From Promethearchaeota archaeon (GTDB taxonomy: Archaea; Asgardarchaeota; Lokiarchaeia; Sigyniarchaeales; SOKP01): a stretch of DNA of 64,000 bases. The notes under the pieces are model-generated. The model saw nothing but the letters and a program-made list of their open reading frames with translations, ran no database searches and was not told where the DNA came from. A program made the position numbers and the translations under genes. Below are positions 10,712 to 20,445 of the stretch, piece by piece. The DNA is taken from positions 41,686 through 105,685 of the forward strand of contig JBHLNS010000007.1 in the NCBI GenBank assembly GCA_048941285.1, written 5' to 3'. Position 1 is the stretch's first letter. Each line of letters starts with the position of its first letter.

Positions 10712-11458
10712 TTATACTCTTCGTATCTGAGAATAGTCGTGTTTATGCTTAAGTCTCTCTTGTTGTTTTAAGGCTCTACTTATTTTAAAATCGTATTTTT
10801 TTATCATTTTTCTAATTTGTATCTCTGTTTTTACTAATTCAGAATCTGCGGGAACTAATCTTTTTGAATAGCCCGATTCCATCAATTTTACACGACAATA
10901 TGCAACAATGCTTTTAACATCACTCTGAGCAATTTTTTTTTCGACTCCTACTAACTCTTTACCATTTAGGAAAAGGGCTTTCCTGCTTCTACTGATCATG
11001 GGCCTACCAGAAATAATCTCAATAGGAGCAGCAACAATAGCTGCAATTCCATGTGCAAATTTTTCTTCTTTAGTTTTTGGTTTGCCAGTGGAACCAACAC
11101 TCGCTTTTTTTGCTCCTAGAGTTAATTGCTTCAAATTTACTAGGTTTTCTAGACCTTGTATATTAATAAATCTATTATTTTCAAGATTTAATGTTTTTAA
11201 ATTTATCAAATTATCTAATCCTTCAATTGCCCCAATTCTATTATTACTTAGATCTAACTTTTTTAATTTATTCAAATTATTTAAGCCTTGAATTTTATCG
11301 ATTTGATTATAACTGAGATTTAAAACTTGTAAGTCTGTCAAGTTTTCAAGGTTTTTAAGTTTAGCGATATCCTCTATACCTTTTCTTGATAGGTTAAGTG
11401 TTAGAAGATTGTTTTCAACAGTAGGTATAAATTCCTTATTATTATATATCACAGACAT
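10712..11458 (-). CDS. leucine-rich repeat protein (SDS22-like LRRs)
   Basis: ~4-5 repeats LxxLxxLxxLxLxxNxIxxIxGL. Confidence 0.85.
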   Translation of the reverse strand: MSVIYNNKEFIPTVENNLLTLNLSRKGIEDIAKLKNLENLTDLQVLNLSYNQIDKIQGLNNLNKLKKLDLSNNRIGAIEGLDNLINLKTLNLENNRFINIQGLENLVNLKQLTLGAKKASVGSTGKPKTKEEKFAHGIAAIVAAPIEIISGRPMISRSRKALFLNGKELVGVEKKIAQSDVKSIVAYCRVKLMESGYSKRLVPADSELVKTEIQIRKMIKKYDFKISRALKQQERLKHKHDYSQIRRV

Positions 11459-11638
11459 GGTTATTTGGACTACGTTGAATGTATTTAAAAAGAAATAGGA
11501 TGACTTTGTATAAAAGATAATTCATTATAATAACCCTATTTTTGATAAAGAAGTAGTAAATGGCGCAATTTACTAGTAAAATAATTTTTTTATACTAGCA
11601 GGCTATATTTGACTATTTTTCTAGATATAATAATGATT

Positions 11639-12169
11639 TTAGAAAACCATTTTTTGCTTAATTTCTTGAACCATTTTTTGACCATTCTCATTTATTTCGG
11701 TTATTATTTCTCTGAGAATCTCATTAATGGCCAAACCACGTAATTCACATGCAATATATAATAAAGAGAGGACTTCTTTCGCAAGGACACGAATATTTTT
11801 TACATCGCTTATTGGAATTCTAATTCCAAGAGCCTTCAGATCCATGTGAGTTTCTTTTTCTTGTTGTCTTATAGTAATTAAGATATCATTCTTCCTTCCT
11901 TTCCACTCCTCAGTAATAGCTCTTAAAGATAGTAAATATCGCTTTGTAGGACTTCCTATTCCCATAACATCTTTCGCAAATTCTAGTGGTTCAGAATTTC
12001 TAATAGTTTTTAATCCAAATGTTCGATTAACCTTATAATTTTTATCTAATTTTGTTTTCATTTTTGTAATTTCATCTGTGAGCTGTTCAATCTTTAATGA
12101 TAATTTTTCAAACTTCTTTAGAAAGATCTCTTCTGAACCAATTTCAAATTTACTCATTTTAAACATCAT
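11639..12169 (-). CDS. hypothetical protein (N-terminal coiled coil)
   Basis: 176-aa ORF, protein-like composition. Confidence 0.6.
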   Translation of the reverse strand: MMFKMSKFEIGSEEIFLKKFEKLSLKIEQLTDEITKMKTKLDKNYKVNRTFGLKTIRNSEPLEFAKDVMGIGSPTKRYLLSLRAITEEWKGRKNDILITIRQQEKETHMDLKALGIRIPISDVKNIRVLAKEVLSLLYIACELRGLAINEILREIITEINENGQKMVQEIKQKMVF

Positions 12170-12318
12170 TTAGATTAAGTATGATACTTTTTGAATTATT
12201 TGTTAATAAAACTAATTATTAAACGATTAATCTATGAGGAATTTTTAATTTATATTCCAATATCAATTCAAATAATAAAAGGATTATTTTAAAATAATAA
12301 AGTAATTTAAAGATTTAA

Positions 12319-13575
12319 TTAACCTAAGTTTGTATCCTCATTGTAATCATTATTAAAATCTTGTTCTGTACGGGGAATTACATCTTCTTTCTCTTTGATC
12401 TCATATTCTTCTCCCTCAGGTTGAGGTACATCAGCAGTCGATAAGGGTTGTTCGAATGTAGGCTGTGGAGATATAAGTTCTTTAACTTCATATTTGACTT
12501 CTTTTTTCAACTCCTTCTGTTGTCTTGTATATTTTCTAATCTCATATATCCCTATTACTAGTAAAAGGATTATAAAAAAGACTAATACTGCTACATTTTT
12601 ATAATAATTTATTGTATCATTATTTAGATCACTAAGAAATTGACTAAATGGAAAATTGAAGGTTTGAAATATATTGTAAGGAAAATAACGAATGAACTCA
12701 TATGAAACCTTGGAAAATATTAGCCAAATTATTGCCGTATCGATTCCTATATGTTTAGATCTTTTTGCTAATAATTCGGCATTTTTTCCCATTAAAGTAC
12801 TTAACACGTAAAGTATAATTGCTAAATCTACTATCAGTATCCCAATTGTAGTCCAGATTGATTGGGGTGTATTAGTTGCACTGTCATCAAGACCTAGATA
12901 TATTTTCACAACTAAAAACAAAGTATAAACAGCTACAAGAATAAAAAATGTACCTAACCAAGCATTAAAAGTCCTTTTAAACATCAGAACGACACCATAA
13001 ATTGCTAATCCTATAATCACACATCCTACTACTACATAAGCAAGGTTTAAAAAAAGAGGAACTTCCACTGTTGAGATAAGAGAAAAATCGAATAAAGTTG
13101 GACCCATTATAAATAAATACAATAAGAATAAAGATGCTGGAATGCCCCCGAAAAATAAGACTGTTCTAATAAAACCTCTTGACCTTGGAAATTTTAATAA
13201 TTTTTTTTCAATTCCAACCCCTATTAAATAACAAGCATACAAAATAAACCAAGAAGTGAAGAAAAAATATGATACTATTGAAATAGCAAATAAAGCAATG
13301 AGAATTACGGCGAGTAAGAATAATAAAGGTAAGGAGACTACGAGTAGTAAAATTATTTTCCATATTGGGTATTCCATGACATTTTTTCTAGTAGCCAAAG
13401 AAAGTAAAAAAAGAAACATCAAAAAAGTAAGGTATGGCAGAAAAATAATAATACCTACTATTGGAAGAAATTGGATTACAATTACACCAATAAGAAGCCA
13501 TAAAACAAGAATAGTTAATCTCCAATTCTCTTTCTTAAATATTTTCTTTAAATTATCAATGATTTCCATAAACAT
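12319..13575 (-). CDS. multi-pass membrane protein with acidic C-terminal tail
   Basis: ~10 hydrophobic segments. Confidence 0.65.
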   Translation of the reverse strand: MFMEIIDNLKKIFKKENWRLTILVLWLLIGVIVIQFLPIVGIIIFLPYLTFLMFLFLLSLATRKNVMEYPIWKIILLLVVSLPLLFLLAVILIALFAISIVSYFFFTSWFILYACYLIGVGIEKKLLKFPRSRGFIRTVLFFGGIPASLFLLYLFIMGPTLFDFSLISTVEVPLFLNLAYVVVGCVIIGLAIYGVVLMFKRTFNAWLGTFFILVAVYTLFLVVKIYLGLDDSATNTPQSIWTTIGILIVDLAIILYVLSTLMGKNAELLAKRSKHIGIDTAIIWLIFSKVSYEFIRYFPYNIFQTFNFPFSQFLSDLNNDTINYYKNVAVLVFFIILLLVIGIYEIRKYTRQQKELKKEVKYEVKELISPQPTFEQPLSTADVPQPEGEEYEIKEKEDVIPRTEQDFNNDYNEDTNLG

Positions 13576-13641
13576 ATAGTTAAATAAGAAATATTTAAAA
13601 TTATCCTATTAAAAATGAAGAGTTTCTTGGAATAAGATCAA

Positions 13642-14445
13642 TTAAGGGATGAAATCAGTTAAATGCGTTTGATTACTAAAGCTATGAGAAGTTAATCCAA
13701 ATTTATTTTTTATGATATTAACTGATTCAGGTGCAAAACCTTGGAAATGATTATTCACTATGATAAAAATCTCATGAATATTAGGTTTTTGCTTTAATTT
13801 TGCAACGTTGTTAAAAAGATCATTTAAAGCGCTACTCTGATCTCTCTGAATTCTGTTAAACACACTAAGTTTTCTATCCCCAATCATTCTTATATAATAA
13901 TATTTTTGATTTGGCATATAATAGGGGATAATTCCGGGCATATAAGTTGTTCCAAGTATTAGATTGTCAGCATCAATAAATTTATACAGAATTTCAGAAT
14001 TGAACCAAGAATTGTCACGCAACTCAATAATAAATTTATACTGTAAAGGAACCTTTTCAAGGAGTAACCGCAATTTTTCTAAATGGTTATCTGAATATTT
14101 AAACCAAGGAGGAAATTGTAATAAAAAACTGCTTATCTTTGGATTCAATTCTCTTAATCTCGAAAAAAATTCGATAATATATGAATCTAAATTTTGATCG
14201 TCTAAATTATGAGAAATTTGTTGCCAAACTTTAATAACAAATCGGAAATTTTTTGGAACACGATTATTCCAATTAAAAACGATGTCTTCAGGAGGTAGAT
14301 TATAGAAAGTTGAATTTATTTCAACTAAGCTAAAAAATTTGGAAAAATATTCTAAGTGTTGGGTTTTTTGTAATTTCTTTGGATAAAAAGGACCAATCCA
14401 ATCTTTATAAAAAAATCCAGCAGTTCCAATCGATATTTTCGCCAT
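13642..14445 (-). CDS. DUF72 domain protein
   Basis: IGTAGF.YKDW.G.FYP, VEINSTFY, LLQFPP, IELR..SW, NNH..G.AP. Confidence 0.9.
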   Translation of the reverse strand: MAKISIGTAGFFYKDWIGPFYPKKLQKTQHLEYFSKFFSLVEINSTFYNLPPEDIVFNWNNRVPKNFRFVIKVWQQISHNLDDQNLDSYIIEFFSRLRELNPKISSFLLQFPPWFKYSDNHLEKLRLLLEKVPLQYKFIIELRDNSWFNSEILYKFIDADNLILGTTYMPGIIPYYMPNQKYYYIRMIGDRKLSVFNRIQRDQSSALNDLFNNVAKLKQKPNIHEIFIIVNNHFQGFAPESVNIIKNKFGLTSHSFSNQTHLTDFIP

Positions 14446-14566
14446 TTGATAATAAATTAAAGTTTATGTAGTTTTTAATAATTCAATATTTTTTTAAACT
14501 GAAATAATTAATTTTTATGAAAAATTATTGCAAATTTATATAATTTCAAAAAAAAGATGATTTGAT

Positions 14567-15310
14567 ATGAAAGACAATGACTTTAATATTGATTGGGCAA
14601 AAATCGAAGAAAAACCTAACAAGAAAGTATCTATAGAGGGATATACTTTGTTAGAGATTAGAAAAAAGTTAAGAGAACTAGAACTGGAATTGGAAAAAAG
14701 ACATCAGAGTTTAGCAAAAGCATTGAATGACTTAGATGCTACTAGGGAGAAATTAGCTGGTCGCGAAAGAAGTTTGACTGAACTTACCGAAAGAAAATCG
14801 ATTGCCAGAAAGTCTCATGATCAAATCAAAGAAGAGAAATTACATGCTGATATTGAAATTGCCAAGTTATCATCTGAAAAATCCAATTTAGAAGAAAAAT
14901 TAACTGAATCAATCGTTAAAATTACAGCTCTCGAAAATCAATTAAACAAATTTACTAAAAAATCAGTTAAAATTGAGGAAAAATTATTAAATAGAGATAA
15001 AGAAATTCAGAATAAAGAGGAAGAAAGGTTAGAAAAAGCAAAAGAGATCTTAAATAAAGAGAAGGAATTAAGAAATTTCAAATCTGAAATAAGTATTAAG
15101 GATGAAGAAATTGAAAATTTAAAACAAAAATTAAATGAAGAAAAAAAATTCACGGATATTCAAATTAAAAAATTTCAAGACTTTGAAGTCCAAGTGTCTA
15201 AAGCTATACAATCGACTGAGATTATTGAAAAAATTAAAAAATTGATGGAATTAAAAGGCTTTCTGTCAGATAAAGAGCTTGAATCTTTACTAAATGAAAC
15301 AAAAGAATAA
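14567..15310 (+). CDS. coiled-coil protein with conserved IDWAK head and KGFLSDKE tail (paralog 1)
   Basis: E/K-rich heptads; head and tail shared with next gene. Confidence 0.75.
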   Translation: MKDNDFNIDWAKIEEKPNKKVSIEGYTLLEIRKKLRELELELEKRHQSLAKALNDLDATREKLAGRERSLTELTERKSIARKSHDQIKEEKLHADIEIAKLSSEKSNLEEKLTESIVKITALENQLNKFTKKSVKIEEKLLNRDKEIQNKEEERLEKAKEILNKEKELRNFKSEISIKDEEIENLKQKLNEEKKFTDIQIKKFQDFEVQVSKAIQSTEIIEKIKKLMELKGFLSDKELESLLNETKE

Positions 15311-15465
15311 AACACTAAGAATAGTTATTTTATCTTTTTTTATTAACAAATTCTTTAATGTAAAGTTTATAAATAATCAACTTTAAAAAAATAAATATAA
15401 AGCAATATAAAATTATCATACTCATAAAATTAAAATTATAAAATAATAGAAAAGGTGAAAATAAA

Positions 15466-16185
15466 ATTTCAATTGATTGGGCTAAGGCTGAAGAAAGACC
15501 AGAAAAGAAACTATCAGTTGAGGGAAAAGTTTTGTTGGATCTCAGATCTAAGATTAATAGTATAGAAAAACAGTTAACTCAAAATAGAAAGGATTTAGAC
15601 AAAGCCTCATCAGAACTGAAGGTAACAAAAGAAGATTTATCAGAATCTAAGAAAAAGATTGAAGATTTCAATGAGAAGATTAAGAATTTTGAGAGAATAA
15701 AAGAAGAGAAACTATATGGGGATGCAGAGATAAATAAGCTACGAAATATAAAATCAGAATTAGAATCAAAATTATCTGAATCGAATTCTAAAATTATTGA
15801 CTTGGAAAACAAGTTAAAAGAATCCTCTGCAAAACTCGATAATGCAGAAAAAGATAAAAATGATGCATTATCCAATTCAAGAAAGGAGATAGAAACTCTT
15901 AAAAACAATCTTCAGCAAAAAAATAATGAACTCGAGGATCTAAAGGATGAATTACAAAAATCCCGTTCAGATAAATATGTAGAAATTGAAAGTCTTAAAG
16001 ATGAAGTTGAAACCAAAGATAAAGAAATTAATGCACTCAACCAAAAAGTCATATCGTTAGAAGAAACAATTTCAGATGCAGAAGGAGCACCAGAACTCAT
16101 TGAAAACATAAAAAATATTATGATGTCTAAAGGATTCCTGAGTGATAGAGAGTTTGATGCTCTTTTGGAGCATAAAGATATTTAG
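15466..16185 (+). CDS. coiled-coil protein (paralog 2), probable ATT start
   Basis: frame is open upstream of TTG 15532 and encodes SIDWAKAEERPEKKLSVEGKV, homologous to the paralog 1 head; in-frame stop at 15439; AGGTGA at 15453-15458. Confidence 0.7.
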   Translation: MSIDWAKAEERPEKKLSVEGKVLLDLRSKINSIEKQLTQNRKDLDKASSELKVTKEDLSESKKKIEDFNEKIKNFERIKEEKLYGDAEINKLRNIKSELESKLSESNSKIIDLENKLKESSAKLDNAEKDKNDALSNSRKEIETLKNNLQQKNNELEDLKDELQKSRSDKYVEIESLKDEVETKDKEINALNQKVISLEETISDAEGAPELIENIKNIMMSKGFLSDREFDALLEHKDI

Positions 16186-16211
16186 TAAATTAAATTCTTT
16201 TTATTATTCAA

Positions 16212-17297
16212 ATGGTTAAATTAATTTGGGAAAACAAATCAGACTATAAATCTGAAGATAATAAAAATTACAATCTCAATTATTTTGAAGCTTTTGAAAG
16301 TAATTCATCTAAGATAAATGTTGGGTTAGGAGGCATCAAGGATTCTGATTTGTGGATCAACAAGCTATTTTGGGGAGATAGCCTTGATGTGTTATATTAT
16401 TTGTTAAATAATTTAAAAAGAAAAATAGATTTAATTTACATTGATCCCCCATTCTTTTCTGGAGTTAATTATAAAATTAAAGTTAAGGAAAAAGGCAAAA
16501 TTTATGATTTAATTGCATATTATGATCATTGGAACAGAGATTTAGACTCATACTTACAAATGCTCTATGAAAGGATAAAAATATTTAAAAAATTGCTCTC
16601 TAATTCTGGATTACTTTTTATCCATTCTGATTGGCACGCTAATCATTATGTAAGAGTAATTTTAGATGAAATTTTCGGAGATAATAGGTTTGTGAATAAT
16701 ATCATTTGGTATTATTATAACAAATATTCCGCGGGGAAAAAAAAACTTCCAAGAGCTCATGATACAATTTTAGTTTATTCCAATTCTAGTAATTATACAT
16801 TTAATGAATTAAGAATACCTCGGAAAAACCCAAGAAAGCAGCTAATGAGAGTAAATGTAGATGGTGTATTAAAGAATGTGAAAGATAAGAATGGACATGT
16901 TAAATATCGAATAGTAAAGGACAAAAAATTAGACGATGTCTGGCAAATTCCTTGTTTACAACCAGCTTCAAAAGAGTGGACGGGTTTTCCTACTCAAAAA
17001 CACCATAAATTACTAGAAAGAATTATTAAATTAGGTTCTAATGAAGGAGACTTAATTGCTGATTTTTTTTGTGGTTCTGGAACGTCCTTAGTGTTAGCTG
17101 AAAAATTAAAGAGAAGATGGATTGGATGTGACATTTCAGAGTATTCGATATATTTAACTAGAAATAGGATTTTGGACACCCAAAATACTACACATAAATT
17201 TTATCCATTTGAAATACTTACAAATTTGAACGCACATAAAAAAGATATAATCGAATCAGGATTTTTTCAAAAAGAGATTTCAATAAAAAGAACATAA
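16212..17297 (+). CDS. site-specific DNA amino-methyltransferase, beta class (Mod-like)
   Basis: IYIDPPF precedes FPTQK and DFFCGSGT. Confidence 0.9.
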   Translation: MVKLIWENKSDYKSEDNKNYNLNYFEAFESNSSKINVGLGGIKDSDLWINKLFWGDSLDVLYYLLNNLKRKIDLIYIDPPFFSGVNYKIKVKEKGKIYDLIAYYDHWNRDLDSYLQMLYERIKIFKKLLSNSGLLFIHSDWHANHYVRVILDEIFGDNRFVNNIIWYYYNKYSAGKKKLPRAHDTILVYSNSSNYTFNELRIPRKNPRKQLMRVNVDGVLKNVKDKNGHVKYRIVKDKKLDDVWQIPCLQPASKEWTGFPTQKHHKLLERIIKLGSNEGDLIADFFCGSGTSLVLAEKLKRRWIGCDISEYSIYLTRNRILDTQNTTHKFYPFEILTNLNAHKKDIIESGFFQKEISIKRT

Positions 17298-17383
17298 TAC
17301 AGCTGTCATTACTTTATAAAAAGACGAAAAATTTTTCTCTTTTTTATTCTTTTTATTAAAATAAATCATATTGGGACTAGATA

Positions 17384-18931
17384 TTGATGATTTTAAATAT
17401 GATAAATGATAAAAAATCCCGAGATTGGAAAGAATCGTCGATTAAACGCCATGATTTGTATAATTTTGAATCGAAAGTAGATTATACTTTAGAATTAACC
17501 GAAAAGAAGAAAACTACATACTCTCTTGATACATACTTCTTTATCCCTAGTTCATTACAGATAAACAAGGATTCATATGGAAAAGAGCTTTTTTTTTCAG
17601 ATATCAATAATCGGATAAGGTTTAAAACCCCTAAAATGACTATAGAAGGAATATTAGAAAAACAAAACAAGCTTTCTCCATTGAATACAATCCTTAAATC
17701 ACTGAAAGATATTGAATTAGAAAAATCCAATATAGTTATCAACATAAAAATAGAAAGAGAATTGTGCTTACTCGCGGATATAATAAAAGTTTCTTTAAGA
17801 GATCAACTCAATTATATCCACACTGGTTATAATAAATTAAAAGAGCAGCATCAAATGCAAACTATGATAATTTCTCACCTCGAATCAATAAAAAAATTAC
17901 AATTGGCACTGAAATCAATGGAAGAGAAATTTTTATTGCCTAAATTTTCTATAAGTTTACGTGAGGCTTTTCAATATGCTGATGAATATATAAGTTTACA
18001 GATTGAGAAGTCTCTTACAAGATTGTTAAAAGATTTTGAAGAAGAGTTTAATAAAGAGACCAAAAATCTGATAATTGAATTAATTGAAAAAGAACAAGAC
18101 CATCGTGAGTATTTGAAAAGCTCATTAATTATTTTTGAAAATTCAAATAACGAAACTTTTTCTTACCAAGAGGGAATTATGAAAAAATATGTACAAAGTG
18201 TTCTATATTTGGAAAAAAAGAAAAAAGATCCAAAATCACAATCATTAGAAATATTTTACTCTGTAGCTGCGGGGATTGCTATGTTTTTTTCCTTATTCTT
18301 TGGTTTTTTAATCCTATCATTCTTTACTATGTATTCTATTCCCTTTATTATTGCAACTGTTGTGATATATATGTTAAAAGACCGAATTAAGGATAATATA
18401 CGTGGAGTTTCACAGAGAGCAGTTGGATCTATTTTCCCAGATCAGCGTATTGACATTGTAGATGGATTTAATAAAGAAAAAATTGGAGAAAGTAAAGAAA
18501 TTGTTAATTTTAAAAAAAAAGAAAAAATTCCCCAAGAGATTTTAAGAATTAGAAAGTCCAGTAATATTAATTCTATAGAAGAAAGTGGTAAGCCAGAGCA
18601 AGTAATTCTGTATGAGAAAAAAATTACGTTATTTAATAAAAAAATAAAGCAATTCCATATAAGAAGAAACGATATTTCGGATGTTATTCGATTTAATGTA
18701 AGAGGCTTTTTGAGATATGCTGACGATCCAATTCAAATTATATCTAAATGGAATATAGATAAAAAGAAAATTGAAGATATACCAGTATCAAAAGTTTATC
18801 ATTTAAATCTTGTTTTAAAATTAACATCATTTAAAGGAAAAAAAATAAATAAAACCGATTATAAAAAGTATAGAGTAATAATAGATCAAAAAGGTATTAA
18901 AAGGGTTTTGGAACCTGAATTCGTACTATAA
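17384..18931 (+). CDS. hypothetical protein with two central TM helices
   Basis: 515-aa ORF; TM pair at ~aa 290-332; start uncertain (17384/17387/17399). Confidence 0.6.
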   Translation: MMILNMINDKKSRDWKESSIKRHDLYNFESKVDYTLELTEKKKTTYSLDTYFFIPSSLQINKDSYGKELFFSDINNRIRFKTPKMTIEGILEKQNKLSPLNTILKSLKDIELEKSNIVINIKIERELCLLADIIKVSLRDQLNYIHTGYNKLKEQHQMQTMIISHLESIKKLQLALKSMEEKFLLPKFSISLREAFQYADEYISLQIEKSLTRLLKDFEEEFNKETKNLIIELIEKEQDHREYLKSSLIIFENSNNETFSYQEGIMKKYVQSVLYLEKKKKDPKSQSLEIFYSVAAGIAMFFSLFFGFLILSFFTMYSIPFIIATVVIYMLKDRIKDNIRGVSQRAVGSIFPDQRIDIVDGFNKEKIGESKEIVNFKKKEKIPQEILRIRKSSNINSIEESGKPEQVILYEKKITLFNKKIKQFHIRRNDISDVIRFNVRGFLRYADDPIQIISKWNIDKKKIEDIPVSKVYHLNLVLKLTSFKGKKINKTDYKKYRVIIDQKGIKRVLEPEFVL

Positions 18932-20353
18932 TTGAGTATAAACCTTCCATCCTAAGTAATTAGAAAGAGCCTCAATTATTATATCTCCAACTTCATTCAG
19001 CGATACCGCAACATGGTGTGCAAATCCCTCTTTACATACTATCTTTAAAATATCTTGTAGATTTGGAATTTCTATAACTCCATAACCTCCAAATGTGTCT
19101 AATTGGTCATCTGTATAATTACCTTCTACAACTAATGCTTTTATTTCTCCAAATAAATCATCAGTTTCCACTCGTAACAGTGTACAAGGTTTAGTTTTGA
19201 TACGCCCTTGAATTGCTCCAAAACTAACTTCTCCACCTTTTTGATCTGCAATTATTGGATGAATTGTCATTTTAGTATCTTGAAAAAAGGATTTAGGCAG
19301 ATTGCTGCAATGGAATAGGACCATTTTGTTTGGATCTGCACCATAATTATTATTCCAATCCAATATTGCTGATGGGCTATCTGAAGCAATTTGTAAGATT
19401 AACATCCCGATTAGACCAGAGATATCAACTTCACACGCAGCAGGAATTAATCCTTCACTAAACATACTCATAACAGCGCATGGTACTATACCAAAATTAT
19501 CTTGAATACTCGGCCAACATTGAAAAGCAAATCCATCTAATTCATATTCATTAACCCAATTTTCAATTACAACTGCTAATTTTGCGAGTTTTATTAAACT
19601 ATCTTCAGGAATTATTTTAGTTGAAGTATAATTCTTTATAAATTCGATTTTATCTAGTACTTTTGGATGATTGTCAGCTAGATTATTAATATAACCAAAA
19701 ATCTCTGATAAGTCTATAGGTTCTATGCTTATCCCATTAAATTCTAAAATCTTTTCACTATACCTAACAGTTTCAAAAGCGTTAGGTCTTGTTCCTATTT
19801 GACCTAATCTGGTAGATCTAAGCTCTCTCACTATTCTGCATATTTTTTCAAATCTTTTAATTTCTTCCTCAAAAATATCAGATTTTAATTGGCATGTATG
19901 GTATCTAGTTAATGTAAATGGAATTCCATATTGATATAATACATTAGTAACAGAAATTTTTCCACAAAAGGCATCTCTTCTATGAATTCTGTCCATTTTA
20001 TCAATTTCATCTGCAGCAGCATGAACTAGAACAGGAACATTAAGATTTGACAGTTTTATAGCATTAGCAATTCCTTTTTCATCTCCAAAATTAGGTAAAA
20101 TAACTAATATTCCACAAATCTTGTTTTTATTAATTTTAAATAACTGTGCACATTTTTTTGCGTCTTGATAAGTTTCTACAACTCCAAATTTAGTATCATC
20201 TTCACTTAATATAACATAATCGTATCCCAATTCATTTAAAACTTCAATTATTTCAATTCTTCCTTCTTTAGCAAGGTTATCTGGAAAAACATCTCTATTA
20301 CCAACAATTACTCCAAATGTTACCTTTTCAAATTTCTTTTTAAGAATTGACAT
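18926..20353 (-). CDS. L-fucose/L-arabinose isomerase family protein
   Basis: NFGDE, RRDAFCGKIS, QCWP, ACEVD, FHCSN, GFAHH motifs. Confidence 0.85.
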   Translation of the reverse strand: MSILKKKFEKVTFGVIVGNRDVFPDNLAKEGRIEIIEVLNELGYDYVILSEDDTKFGVVETYQDAKKCAQLFKINKNKICGILVILPNFGDEKGIANAIKLSNLNVPVLVHAAADEIDKMDRIHRRDAFCGKISVTNVLYQYGIPFTLTRYHTCQLKSDIFEEEIKRFEKICRIVRELRSTRLGQIGTRPNAFETVRYSEKILEFNGISIEPIDLSEIFGYINNLADNHPKVLDKIEFIKNYTSTKIIPEDSLIKLAKLAVVIENWVNEYELDGFAFQCWPSIQDNFGIVPCAVMSMFSEGLIPAACEVDISGLIGMLILQIASDSPSAILDWNNNYGADPNKMVLFHCSNLPKSFFQDTKMTIHPIIADQKGGEVSFGAIQGRIKTKPCTLLRVETDDLFGEIKALVVEGNYTDDQLDTFGGYGVIEIPNLQDILKIVCKEGFAHHVAVSLNEVGDIIIEALSNYLGWKVYTQL

Positions 20354-20445
20354 TCTAATTACCTTGATAATAAATATTGAAAAATTTAATTTTAGTAATT
20401 TAATTTAAGAATTTAAAATTAAAATAAAAATTTTTTAATTATTCA

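Noticed and set aside
11554-11575. Short inverted repeat TAGTAAAT/ATTTACTA upstream of the LRR gene (similar one near 48070-48096)
   Set aside because: 8-bp AT-rich arms are expected by chance at this composition
14567-16185. SMC/Rad50 annotation for the coiled-coil proteins (also 60989-61993)
   Set aside because: No Walker A/B, signature motif or hinge
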